Source: an uncultured Nitrospirales bacterium (GTDB lineage: Bacteria > Hydrogenedentota > Hydrogenedentia > Hydrogenedentales > CAILVY01). Taken from it: DNA of 64,000 nt. The stretch is from assembly GCA_964474205.1 (NCBI GenBank), contig CAYYRW010000037.1, positions 5,599-69,598 on the forward strand. Direction: 5' to 3'. Of the stretch, positions 18,501 to 27,460 are shown one piece after another (position 1 is the first letter of the stretch; each line of letters opens with the position of its first letter). Below the pieces are notes generated by a model, which worked only from the letters and a program-made list of their open reading frames with translations, was not told where the DNA came from and made no database searches. Made by a program: the position numbers and the translations under genes.

Positions 18501-19561
18501 CCACGCCGGTGCATCTTCCCTCGGGATGGGTTTCCATCGTGGGCATCGGAGATGCCGTCTGTGGCTTTGCCTGGTTGATATCGTCCGAAGGTGATGCCCT
18601 GTCCTATCAAGGGCCCGTCTCTGGCGGAATTACCATCACGAACCACTCGGATCCCAGCCTGTGCCTCAGCCACGAAGAAGAATTGTGCACGGTCCTTCTT
18701 GATGGGGCTCAGGAAGTGCCCCCGAGTGGAAGCGCCGCCGCCGGCACGGCCACCTTCTCCCTGCTCCCGCCGGATACCGTGCGGCTTACCATCCTCCATA
18801 ACGTGACGGACCCCGTTGCGGCGCACATTCATTTGGGCGCGCCCGGGGTGAATGGTCCCGTGGTCCTCGATTTGGGTACCGCAATCAGCCCCATAGAAAT
18901 GACGATGACGCTGGAACAATATGCCGAATTCTCCACGGGCCACTATGTGAATATTCATAGTATGGTCTTCTCGGAGGGTGATATCCGCGGCGATATCGCT
19001 TGTTCACCGATTGAAGGAGAAGGTGGAGTCGAGGGCGAAGGCACCGTGGAAGGCGAAGGCACCGTGGAAGGCGAAGGCGCCGTGGAAGGCGAAGGCGCTG
19101 TGGAAGGTGAAGGCGCTGTGGAAGGTGAAGGCGCTGTGGAAGGTGAAGGCGCTGTGGAAGGCGAAGGCGCCGTGGAAGGCGAAGGCGCCGTGGAAGGCGA
19201 AGGCGCCGTGGAAGGCGAAGGCGCCGTGGAAGGCGAAGGCGCGGTCGAAGGCGAAGGCGGAGGAGAAGATGGATTCCTGACAGCCGATCAGGATCAGAAC
19301 AACCTGATTAGCCTCTCCGAACTGCTCCGCGTGATCCAGTTCTTCAACTCGAACGGATTCCACTGTGAAGCGGGCACGGAAGACGGGTACGCCCCCGGCC
19401 CCGGCGACATAACGTGCGAGCCGTACGACAGCGACTACAACACCCAGGATTGGCATATCAGCCTCTCTGAACTGCTGCGTGTAATCCAGTTCTTCAATTC
19501 AGGCGGCTATCATTATTGTCCCGGTGAAGCCACCGAAGACGGCTTCTGTCCCGGCCCATAA
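15521..19561 (+). CDS. giant secreted protein: CBM4/9-like N-terminal domain, four tandem ~180-aa repeats, CHRD domain, (EGEGAV)n spacer, C-terminal twin dockerin-like module
   Basis: 1346 aa; signal peptide; LLQNPGFESG (CBM_4_9-like); repeats each with YENFS…WWG…FY(E/N)D..GQPG…GW.SI.G…CGF.W; CHRD-like CTVLLDGAQEVPP…AHIHLGAPGVNGPVVLDL; C-terminus nearly identical to that of 11481-15344. Confidence 0.7.
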   Translation: MLHGNCVPKYFSQPLTGMLVFLGMAFLFVPSAQAECEDNLLQNPGFESGADVNWADTSSSSAEIIQATVAAYEGNYAAWFGNAGPGVTWQLDQTIQIPATVNAHLEFYLRTVSIAAGDIFQVQMDGVTLFSMSDSSPGYASYTLISLDASPYADGQYHLVRFMGTIAGSFLVDNVCIRAQGPLCTVLIDFDDVTAPGLFADATHLTDAYTQKYGVTFEGPGGNDGGVILTSDSWGAVTGESVPNFLAFDTYGNLSDGGTAQGPETVYFRTPVDGVSMKVGTGTGGSATIEAYDNNSMVIATQTVTLGFPMQTVALSVPGIQYLSISFTDSTFLLDDLCIYGDPNAESCSDTAFFSQKPLSPWETWNGYPSNTGNDSIIYENFSNLAKAIQRVRWWGFGVVPGYTDCTPPGSSFEISLCYNNSGLPGYPFYTETVTALMNETGRVFAGLDNFREFRFEAEFANPQNITDGWIMIKGLGDFSTCGFYWLLSSEGDNLSATADEAGTTFNANTYNFSLCLDTGPGFREECAMGSAFSQRPSTPNSIAESAEYFFSSQSLEYTAYENFSGLTWPVKHITWWGIDYSGSFSPCLRTTGDFTITVYNDAAGQPGSSVLQETLTATRVETGRQWLYGANYFPEYRYEAELTGQIDLTEGWISIYGDNEDGGCGFVWASSPVGDKLFYTQQGNNPPVSQTGFSDLSLCLDTYTGPEQFCMDKSQAGQIPDSPLGTGVNSAPSGDDSAKLAYEKFTAHWPITSLRWWGGALGTGCSNYQIAFYEDNGGQPGNVVHQEQVSATQEPTGRTFFSGGLVEYQFDAVLATPLTLRNGWVSIAGINGSGCGFAWLTAPWGDGLSYSQTPPETGPFTDLGRDLALCLGADTGPAQTCAPHVMTGQPSMDPLTPGTNGWFSDELLNYATYENFSGLADSITDLYWWGIDYNYGLCTRTSNTYQITFYEDNAGQPGVIAAQSVVTPKRTLTGRTFSFGDSYPESLFHARLSTPVHLPSGWVSIVGIGDAVCGFAWLISSEGDALSYQGPVSGGITITNHSDPSLCLSHEEELCTVLLDGAQEVPPSGSAAAGTATFSLLPPDTVRLTILHNVTDPVAAHIHLGAPGVNGPVVLDLGTAISPIEMTMTLEQYAEFSTGHYVNIHSMVFSEGDIRGDIACSPIEGEGGVEGEGTVEGEGTVEGEGAVEGEGAVEGEGAVEGEGAVEGEGAVEGEGAVEGEGAVEGEGAVEGEGAVEGEGAVEGEGGGEDGFLTADQDQNNLISLSELLRVIQFFNSNGFHCEAGTEDGYAPGPGDITCEPYDSDYNTQDWHISLSELLRVIQFFNSGGYHYCPGEATEDGFCPGP
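19011..19268 (+). repeat. 18-bp tandem repeats encoding (E-G-E-G-A/T-V)n, ~14 units
   Basis: near-perfect units gaaggcgaaggcgccgtg / gaaggtgaaggcgctgtg. Confidence 0.9.
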
Positions 19562-19583
19562 CAACCATTGAGTGATAGCTTGT

Positions 19584-19620
19584 GGGCGGATGAATCAACA
19601 GGTTCATCCGCCCTTTTCTC
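19584..19620 (+). terminator. rho-independent terminator candidate
   Basis: gggcggatgaa-tcaacagg-ttcatccgccc followed by ttttctc, 22 nt after stop. Confidence 0.7.
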
Positions 19621-19781
19621 AGCAATCGATCTCCTACCCCGGATATCTCGTAATGACAAAGAGCACTATGATGTGCGGGGACAATACAGAATCCGCAGGG
19701 TGCAGATAAGAGACTGTTTCGAGTGAGCCGGCAGCGCCGCTTCTGGTATGATGCTCTCTACAACAAAAGGAAAGGCCTTAC

Positions 19782-20651
19782 ATGTTAAAGCTGGCGGCAT
19801 TCACCGATGAAATCTCCCAAGACCTCGCCCACGCCTGTGCCGTATGCACGGACTTCGGCGTGACCGGCGTGGAAATCCGGGGCGTATGGGATAAGAACGT
19901 TACGGAATTGAGCGATGAGGAGGCGGGTGAGGTGCGTGGCATCGTCGAAGACCACGGGCTGAAGATATGCAGCATTGCGTCCCCCTTCGGCAAGTGCGAA
20001 CTCGAAGACGGGGAGGCCTGGAGCAGTCATCTGGAGTTACTGCGGCGTTGCGCGGATATTGGATTTGAATGGGACTGCCCGCTGGTGCGCGGATTTGTTT
20101 TTTGGGGGCATGGCCGGGTGGAAAAGCCCTGGGACGCCATCTTTCGGGCGTATGAAGAGGTGCCCCCCATCCTCGAGGGGAATGAGATCGTGCTGGGGGT
20201 GGAAAATGAGGCGGCCTGCTATGTGGGAACTGCGGCGCACCTGCGCTATTTTCTGGATTCCATGGAATGTGAGTATATGAAAGCGATTTGGGATCCCGCG
20301 AATCATGTGCAGGACCCGGAAGGGACAAAAGTGCCCGTGATTCCCGATGCGTATGATTTGGTTAAGAAAGACATGGCGCATGTGCACATGAAGGATGCGG
20401 CCCCCGCCGCCGATGGCAGTGTGCCTAACGTATTTCTGGGCGAAGGCATCTGCCAGTGGCCCGAACAATTGCAGGGCTTGCATGACGATGGCTATGACGG
20501 GTATGTATCCCTGGAGACCCATGTGGACCCCAAGGATTTTCCCGCCGCAATGCAGAAACGCTATAAACGGTATCTCACCGGTGAAGGCCGCGAAGGCGCC
20601 AGCAAGGTATGTCTCGCGTGGGCGCGGGACATCGTGAAAACGCTGGGGTGA
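19782..20651 (+). CDS. sugar phosphate isomerase/epimerase (xylose-isomerase-like TIM barrel)
   Basis: 289 aa; same fold family as 4380-5159 (GVENEA, HVHMKD, SLETHVD blocks). Confidence 0.75.
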   Translation: MLKLAAFTDEISQDLAHACAVCTDFGVTGVEIRGVWDKNVTELSDEEAGEVRGIVEDHGLKICSIASPFGKCELEDGEAWSSHLELLRRCADIGFEWDCPLVRGFVFWGHGRVEKPWDAIFRAYEEVPPILEGNEIVLGVENEAACYVGTAAHLRYFLDSMECEYMKAIWDPANHVQDPEGTKVPVIPDAYDLVKKDMAHVHMKDAAPAADGSVPNVFLGEGICQWPEQLQGLHDDGYDGYVSLETHVDPKDFPAAMQKRYKRYLTGEGREGASKVCLAWARDIVKTLG

Positions 20652-20657
20652 ACGCGG

Positions 20658-21419
20658 ATGGAATTTTGCATCGAGACCACGGGACTGAGCAAAGCCTACG
20701 AGGCCGTGCGCGCGGTGGACGGCATTGATCTCCGTGTCGAGCGCGGCAGCTTCTACGGATTCCTCGGTCCCAACGGCGCGGGCAAATCCACCACCATCAA
20801 AATGCTCACCGGCATTACCGGCCCCACCAGCGGGCGCGCCCGCATCCTCGGGTTTGAATTAACCCGAAGCCCGCTGCAAATCAAACGGCGCATCGGCGTG
20901 GTGCCGGAGGAATTGTGCCTCTTTGAAAACCTGACGGCCCGGGAATATCTCGCCTTCGTTGGGCGTATGTACCGCCTGCCCCGGCATGTGGCCTGGCGGC
21001 GCAGCGAGGAACTGCTGGACCTGCTGGACCTCGCGAACACCGGGAAAACACTCACGCTCGAATTTTCGCACGGCATGAAGAAAAAACTCTCGTTGGCCGC
21101 GGCGCTCATCCACGATCCGGAGTTGCTCTTTCTCGATGAACCCTTCGAGGGCATTGACGCGCTCGCCTCGCGCACCATCCGCGCCGTGCTCGAACGCCTC
21201 GTGCAACGCGGCGCGACGGTCTTCCTCACGTCGCACATCCTCGAAATCGTGGAACGCCTCTGCACGCACGTCGGCATCATCCACAAAGGGCGGCTGGTGA
21301 AACAGGGCCGGCTGGACGCACTGGCCTCCGGCGGCTCCCTCGAGGATTTGTTTGTGTCCGCCGTGGGCCAGCCGGAAGAGGCCACGGTAAGCCTGTCGTG
21401 GCTGGGGGGCCGCGCCTGA
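20658..21419 (+). CDS. ABC transporter ATP-binding protein (ABC-2 exporter type)
   Basis: Walker A GPNGAGKST, signature SHGMKKKLSLA, Walker B LLFLDEP. Confidence 0.9.
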   Translation: MEFCIETTGLSKAYEAVRAVDGIDLRVERGSFYGFLGPNGAGKSTTIKMLTGITGPTSGRARILGFELTRSPLQIKRRIGVVPEELCLFENLTAREYLAFVGRMYRLPRHVAWRRSEELLDLLDLANTGKTLTLEFSHGMKKKLSLAAALIHDPELLFLDEPFEGIDALASRTIRAVLERLVQRGATVFLTSHILEIVERLCTHVGIIHKGRLVKQGRLDALASGGSLEDLFVSAVGQPEEATVSLSWLGGRA

Positions 21420-23113
21420 TGCTGGGCCAATGTTGGGCAATCGTCCTGCTCAAATTCGCGGTGCTCCGGCACACCTGGTCCACCGGAAGAATCATCTCGA
21501 CCATCGTCATGGGCTTCTTCCTCCTCCTGGGGGTTGTGGCGGCCATCGCCAGCGCGGCGGGCGGTTACTACGCCGGGCGTGTATGGCTGGGCACGCAGGA
21601 ACCGCTCATCGCCCTCGTGGTGCTGGACGGCATCGTGACCGTGTTCCTGTTCATCTGGTTTTGGAGCCTGCTGATTGAAATCCAGCGCGCGGACATCATT
21701 GACTTCAAGCGAATGATGTTCTTTCCCATTTCCCTGCGGCTCGTGTTCTTCCTGAATTTCATCACATCGCTGTTAAGCCCCGCCCTCGTGTTGTTCATTC
21801 CCGGATTGATTGCCCTGTTGTTCGGCATGAGCACCGTTCAAGGCCCGCATGTCCTGTGGGGCGTGCCCCTCTCCCTGGTGTTCTTTCTCATGCTGACCGC
21901 CTGGGCCTATTACGCGCGCGGCATCATGTCCATCCTCATGGAAAACAAGCGCCGCCGCCGCCTCATTCTCATGCTGCTGCCCCTGTGCTTCGCCCTCCTG
22001 CCGCAGGCGCCCAACCTGATTGTACATTCCCTGCGCACCAACAAGGAAGCCAAAGAGGCCATGAAACACGTCTCCGCGGAGCAGGCCGAACAATGGCTGC
22101 ACTACGGCAACATCGCCGTGCCCGTGGGGTGGCTGCCCTACGGCATCTGGAGCCTGCAAAACAACCATCCACAGGCCGCGGGCCTGTGCTGTATCGGCAT
22201 GGGCGGCCTCGCCTTGCTGGGGCTGGGCATGGGGTACCGGTCCACTGTCCGCTACTACCGCGGCGAGACCAATGTCCGCCGCGTTAAAAAATCCGTCCGG
22301 AAAAAGACCGGCGGGAAACCCCTCACCGCGCGGTGGCTCCCCCTCCTCGATGAAGACACCGCCGCCATGACTTGGGCCGCGTACATCAACTACGCCCGCC
22401 ATCCCAACATCCGCATGCTGCTCATCATGCCCCCGATCATGGCCGCCATCATTCTGTTCACCCTCAAAACCGGTATCGCCAAAGAACAAATGGGCGGCAA
22501 TACCACCTGGCTCCCCGCCGCGCTCCTCGTCTGGCCTTACTTCAATTTCTCCATGGTCTTCTTCAATATTTTCGGCACCGACCACGCCGGATTCCGGGGA
22601 CTCCTCCTCCTCCCCGCGCCCCGCCACAAATACATCCTCGCCAAAAACATCGCCCTGTTCCCCTTCGTCGCCGGCATGGGAGTATTCTTCGTCCTCGGCG
22701 GCGGATGGCTCCTCGAAACCCCGCCGCGCATTCTCTACATCTCCCTCGTACAAGTCTTCGAGTTCTTCCTCATCTACTGCCTCATCGGAAACTTCATCTC
22801 CCTCTACTTCCCCTACCGCCTTGGGCGCGACACCATGCGCGCCCAGGGAAACCGCCCCATCCTCCTCCTCATGGGACTCTGCTCCGCCGCCTTCGTCGGA
22901 CTCCTCATGCTCCCCGCCATGTTCTGCCTCGCCCTCGACGACTTCGTCGCCGTCACCTGGGGCTACCGCGGACTCCCCATCGGGCTCATTACCTCCCTCA
23001 TACTCCTCGCCCTCACCGCCCTCGCCTACGCCATGGCCCTCGTCCACGCCGGCGACCTCCTCCTCTCCCGCGAACAACGCATCCTCGCCGCCCTCGTCAA
23101 AGACCGGGAATAG
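21398..23113 (+). CDS. polytopic membrane protein, probable ABC-2 type permease partner
   Basis: ~565 aa, many hydrophobic segments; start at 21398 or ATG 21419 (TGATG overlap with ATPase stop). Confidence 0.55.
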   Translation: MAGGPRLMLGQCWAIVLLKFAVLRHTWSTGRIISTIVMGFFLLLGVVAAIASAAGGYYAGRVWLGTQEPLIALVVLDGIVTVFLFIWFWSLLIEIQRADIIDFKRMMFFPISLRLVFFLNFITSLLSPALVLFIPGLIALLFGMSTVQGPHVLWGVPLSLVFFLMLTAWAYYARGIMSILMENKRRRRLILMLLPLCFALLPQAPNLIVHSLRTNKEAKEAMKHVSAEQAEQWLHYGNIAVPVGWLPYGIWSLQNNHPQAAGLCCIGMGGLALLGLGMGYRSTVRYYRGETNVRRVKKSVRKKTGGKPLTARWLPLLDEDTAAMTWAAYINYARHPNIRMLLIMPPIMAAIILFTLKTGIAKEQMGGNTTWLPAALLVWPYFNFSMVFFNIFGTDHAGFRGLLLLPAPRHKYILAKNIALFPFVAGMGVFFVLGGGWLLETPPRILYISLVQVFEFFLIYCLIGNFISLYFPYRLGRDTMRAQGNRPILLLMGLCSAAFVGLLMLPAMFCLALDDFVAVTWGYRGLPIGLITSLILLALTALAYAMALVHAGDLLLSREQRILAALVKDRE

Positions 23114-23596
23114 GAAATACTTGTTCCACCTTGGACGAGGTTAAGACGTGGGTGGAAGAAGAACGAATACAACACGGACCGGCACAGACGAGCACCGACG
23201 CGCACGGACAACCGGTGGAATCAGAAAAGTCCGTGCCGGTCCGTGCTGGTCCGTGCTCGTCCGTGCCCTCCTCGGCGCTTGTGGCAAATGCGGCATTGTC
23301 CCTTTTGAACCTTTGCTGCCATTTGCTGGATCGCCAACTCACTGCGCAAGCCAAAGCCTTTAAAAAATGGTGGCTTTACCGAACACCTATACCGCCATTG
23401 AAAACGCACAAGAACGGCTATGTCCCCGAGGCGCACACGTTGGGCGATGTATTCCGGCACCTGGCACGCCACAACGGGTAACGGGTTGAAGGAACTGGCC
23501 GTCGTCTTGCGGTGTACTCCCACCATGCGCTTTGGCTAGAATATTGAGACAGACACGTGATTCCCTTGTTTGATGGGATGAAAACGGAGGTGCATT

Positions 23597-24619
23597 ATGA
23601 CCGGGGAAGAGAATTTTAGCCGCGCGATTGAGTTTCAGGGCCCGGCCTGGCTGCCCTTGCGGCTGGGATGTGATATCGATTGGCTGTATGAGAAAAACGA
23701 ATCCAAACAAAATCGTATTCGCGATCTGCAATCACGCATCCCGGACGATTGGCTGGTGATCAGTGAATCGCCAAAGCCTCAGCAGGAACCGCATACGGAA
23801 AATGGAATCGTTCGCTGGGTGGACCATTGGGGCACGGGCTGGATGGATGATGGCCATGGCGCTAAAACCGAAACCTATCCGCTGGAGGCGGGATATCCCC
23901 TTGCCGACGGCCATCCATTCCCCAATCCGTACGCGCCTGGTCTCTTCGACAATGCGGACCAACTGCTCAAGGATCGTTTGGACAAGTATGTGGCGGGAAC
24001 CGTATGGTTCACTCTCTTTGAACGTCTCTGGATGTTACGCGGGTTTGAAAACATGCTGATGGACCCCTACACGGAACCGGATCACTGGCAAAGGCTGATG
24101 GAACGAATCCTAACCTATAATCTCGTGATGATTGAGGAATGCCTTCGGCGCGGTGTAAAGGGCGTTTACTTTTCCGACGACTGGGGCAGCCAGCGCGGAT
24201 TGCTCATTAACCCGGACGACTGGCGCCGATTCTACAAACCCGCCTACGCCGTCATGTTCCGGAAAGTCCGCGAAGGCGGTGCGCATGTCTGGATGCATTT
24301 GTGCGGCGACATCACCACCATCCTAGGCGACCTCATCGACCTGGGATTGAACGTCCTGAATCCGGTCCAACCTCAAGCCATGGACATTCGCCAACTGGCA
24401 CGTAGTTTCGGCGGTCATGTGTGCTTTAATGGCGGACTGGACGTGCAGGGCACGATGATCCACGGCACGCCCGAGGATGTAAAACGCGAAGCAGAAGAAC
24501 TCGTGCGCCTCTTTGGTTCCTTCAATGGCGGCTACATTGCCGGCGCCAGCCATAGCATCATGCCCGAAACCCCGCTCGACAACGTTATTGCCATGTACGA
24601 GGCATTTCTATCATGTTGA
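23597..24619 (+). CDS. uroporphyrinogen decarboxylase (URO-D)-like family protein (MtaA/CmuA-like)
   Basis: 340 aa; URO-D fold family pattern (…GVYFSDDWGSQRGLLINPDDWRRFYKPAY…HLCGDIT…). Confidence 0.65.
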   Translation: MTGEENFSRAIEFQGPAWLPLRLGCDIDWLYEKNESKQNRIRDLQSRIPDDWLVISESPKPQQEPHTENGIVRWVDHWGTGWMDDGHGAKTETYPLEAGYPLADGHPFPNPYAPGLFDNADQLLKDRLDKYVAGTVWFTLFERLWMLRGFENMLMDPYTEPDHWQRLMERILTYNLVMIEECLRRGVKGVYFSDDWGSQRGLLINPDDWRRFYKPAYAVMFRKVREGGAHVWMHLCGDITTILGDLIDLGLNVLNPVQPQAMDIRQLARSFGGHVCFNGGLDVQGTMIHGTPEDVKREAEELVRLFGSFNGGYIAGASHSIMPETPLDNVIAMYEAFLSC

Positions 24620-24796
24620 AAAGTGATATGCGAAGGGAGTGGAGTGCAGAGGGTACTTTTGGGACTCTTGGGAATCGATAAAATAAACAATATCGGACGG
24701 ATTGGATGAGGTGTTGAGTGGGGGCGATGTGGCGGAGGGGTTGATTAGCGGGACGGGGCGTGGTATATGGATAGCGTCGGCAGGAAAGGAACCATC

Positions 24797-25687
24797 ATGA
24801 GTGTTCGTATTGTGGGTGCGGGGATAGCTTGTCTGGATTATATTGTGACGGCGCCGCAGGTGGAATGGGGCAATCAAGCGCATGTGAGCGGTTTTGTGGT
24901 GCAGGGAGGCGGCTTGGTGGCGACGGCGCTGGTGGCGTGTGCACGGCTGGGCGCGGAAACGGTGCTGTACAGTCTCTTGGGCGATGACGAGGTGGCGAAG
25001 CCGATCCTTGCGGGCTTGGAGGAAGAACAAGTATCGACGGCGGGGGTGCGCACAATTCCGGGCGGGGCGAGTCCGTTCAGTTTTATTCATGTGGATGCGC
25101 AGAGCGGGGAGCGCACGATTTTTCATCGTCCGGGGCAGGGATTGTCTTGGCCTCCGGACGAACGTTTCGCGCATCTCGAGCATGCGGATGCAATGCTGGT
25201 GGATCATTGTTTCCCGGAATTGTCGGTGGCGGCGGTGAAGGCGGCCCGCGCGCGAAAGGTGCCGGTAATCGCGGACACGCAGCCGGAGGAAAAACACCGT
25301 GCATGGCTGGAAGGTGTGAACGTATTGATAGCGCCGCATCATTTCGCGGACCGATTGGGCTATACCGAACACCCGGAACAGGCGCTCGATGCGATTCACG
25401 CCTATGGGCCGGAAATCGCGGTGATTACCCTGGGAAGCGAGGGCTGGGTGTGCTCTGACGGGAAAGAGATAACACGTGGAAAGGCATTTTCGGTGGAGGT
25501 GGTGGACACGGTGGGCGCGGGAGATGTGTTTCATGGGGCATTTGCCTTCGGGTGGGCGCAGCATTGGGCCGCGCCGCGCTGTTGTGAATTCGCCTCGGCG
25601 GTGGCGGCGCTGAAGTGCACGAAACCGGGCGGCCGGACGGGAATTCCGGATTTGGCAACAACACTGGCGTTTATAGCTGACCGCTGA
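24797..25687 (+). CDS. PfkB-family carbohydrate kinase (ribokinase-like)
   Basis: GAGIACLDY N-terminal motif, DTVGAGDVFHGAFAFG anion-hole motif; SD aaggaa before ATG 24797 (alternative start 24767). Confidence 0.85.
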   Translation: MSVRIVGAGIACLDYIVTAPQVEWGNQAHVSGFVVQGGGLVATALVACARLGAETVLYSLLGDDEVAKPILAGLEEEQVSTAGVRTIPGGASPFSFIHVDAQSGERTIFHRPGQGLSWPPDERFAHLEHADAMLVDHCFPELSVAAVKAARARKVPVIADTQPEEKHRAWLEGVNVLIAPHHFADRLGYTEHPEQALDAIHAYGPEIAVITLGSEGWVCSDGKEITRGKAFSVEVVDTVGAGDVFHGAFAFGWAQHWAAPRCCEFASAVAALKCTKPGGRTGIPDLATTLAFIADR

Positions 25688-25744
25688 TAGCTGATAGCTG
25701 ATGGCTGATGGCTTTATGGTAAAGTTCATCAAACTGAATTAAAA

Positions 25745-27460
25745 TTGTGCCATACTGGAGACACACCAACCGTGAACATTCTAGGTATAGGCGGTTACAG
25801 TCATGATTCGGCGGCCGCGCTGGTGGTGGACGGGCAGGTGGTGGCGGCGGTGGAAGAGGAACGTCTCACCCGGGTAAAGCATCAGGGCGGCGTGCCGAAA
25901 AAGGCGGTGGCGTATTGCCTGGAGACCGCCGGGCTGAAACCGGATGACGTGGATCATATTGGCTGTTACATGCGCCCGGGCTTGCGGGTGGGGCGAAGGC
26001 TGCCGTATCGCGTGACGCAGATGTTGCGGAGCCCGGTCTATTCAGCGGGGTTTATGGCGTATGAATTGGCCCACAATGCCCTTTATTTTCAGGGCATGCG
26101 GGGGCTGGCGGGAAAAAACACGCGGGTGCATTTCATGGAACACCATCCCGCGCACGCGGCGAGCGCCTTTCTGGCGGGTCCCTTTGATCGTGCGGCGCTA
26201 CTGACGCTGGATTATATCGGCGAATTCACCGCTACATGGATGGGCGTGGGCGAAGGAACATCGGTGCGGTGCTTGCGCCAGATTCACTATCCGAATTCGC
26301 TGGGCGTGTTTTATTCAGCCATCACGGATTATTTGGGATTCCTGCGGGCCAGCGATGAGTATAAGGTCATGGGTCTGGCCTCGTATGGGGAGCCGGAGTA
26401 TTACGAGGACTTTGCCAAGTTCATTCGGAGCACGCCGGACGGTTTATACGATATCGATCTCTCCTGGGCGGCTTGGCATTACTTGCCGGGATCGCGTTGC
26501 GGCTATTTGTCGAAGAAATTCATCGAGCGGTTTGGCCCGCCGCGAAAAAAAGGCGAGCCCATCGAAAAGCGGCATGAAAATATCGCGGCATCGGCACAAC
26601 GCATCCTGGAAGAGGCGTGTTTGCAGCTTGTGCGGAAATTGCATCGGGAAACAGGCGAGAAAAAGTTGTGCATGGCGGGCGGGGTGGCGCTGAATTGCTC
26701 GATGAACGGGCGTTTGTTGCGGGAAGGCCCCTTCGAGGAAATTTTCATTCAACCGGCGGCCGGCGATGACGGGATTGCGATTGGCGCGGCGCTTCAGTTG
26801 CATCATGCGCATACCGGCGCGCCGCGCGGATATGAAATGCACAATGCGTGCCTGGGGCCTGAATATGACAACGAAAGCATCCGCCGCACGCTCGATATGG
26901 CGAAAATTCGTTATGAGCATCCAGACTCTGTGGAGCGGCGCACGGCGGAGTTGATCGCGGAAGGGAAGATTGTGGGGTGGTTCCAGGGGCGCATGGAATT
27001 CGGCCCGCGCGCATTGGGCGGGCGCAGCATTCTCGCCGATCCGACACGCCCGGAAATGAAGGACCTGCTGAATCATTACGTGAAGCACCGGGAGGAATTC
27101 CGCCCGTTTGCGCCCAGCGTCTTGGAAGAACGTGCAAGTGAATTCTTCACGGGGTGCCAGCGTTCGCCGTTCATGCTGTTCGTGTATCCCGTGGAAAAGG
27201 ATCAACAGACGCGGGTTCCCGCGATTACGCATGTGGACGGCACGGCGCGCGTGCAGACGGTATCGGTCTCGGTGCAGCCACGGTATTACCGCATGATCCA
27301 GGAGTTTGAGCGATTGCGGGGCGTGCCGATGGTGGTGAATACGAGTTTCAATGTAATGGGCGAACCGATTGTGAACACCCCCACCGACGCATTGCGGTGT
27401 TTTTTCAGCACGGGCATGGACGCGTTGGTGATGGGCGATTATGTGGTGGTCAAGCCATGA
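25745..27460 (+). CDS. carbamoyltransferase (NodU/CmcH family)
   Basis: 571 aa; NILGIGGYSHDSAAALV N-terminus and overall NodU-like layout; alternative GTG start 25772. Confidence 0.85.
   Translation: MCHTGDTPTVNILGIGGYSHDSAAALVVDGQVVAAVEEERLTRVKHQGGVPKKAVAYCLETAGLKPDDVDHIGCYMRPGLRVGRRLPYRVTQMLRSPVYSAGFMAYELAHNALYFQGMRGLAGKNTRVHFMEHHPAHAASAFLAGPFDRAALLTLDYIGEFTATWMGVGEGTSVRCLRQIHYPNSLGVFYSAITDYLGFLRASDEYKVMGLASYGEPEYYEDFAKFIRSTPDGLYDIDLSWAAWHYLPGSRCGYLSKKFIERFGPPRKKGEPIEKRHENIAASAQRILEEACLQLVRKLHRETGEKKLCMAGGVALNCSMNGRLLREGPFEEIFIQPAAGDDGIAIGAALQLHHAHTGAPRGYEMHNACLGPEYDNESIRRTLDMAKIRYEHPDSVERRTAELIAEGKIVGWFQGRMEFGPRALGGRSILADPTRPEMKDLLNHYVKHREEFRPFAPSVLEERASEFFTGCQRSPFMLFVYPVEKDQQTRVPAITHVDGTARVQTVSVSVQPRYYRMIQEFERLRGVPMVVNTSFNVMGEPIVNTPTDALRCFFSTGMDALVMGDYVVVKP

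Noticed and set aside
14893-19268. Possible CRISPR array (regular 18-bp repeats)
   Set aside because: Repeats are contiguous with no spacers, in-frame within long ORFs, and encode (EGEGAV)n; no cas genes
18978-19456. ORFs 18978-19280 (+) and 19004-19456 (-) with KAKAPW / AFAFHG repeats
   Set aside because: Alternative-frame translations of the same 18-bp tandem repeat
21773-23481. 434-aa minus ORF and 369-aa plus ORF (Pro/His/Glu-rich)
   Set aside because: Alternative frames inside the ABC-2 permease gene; low-complexity composition
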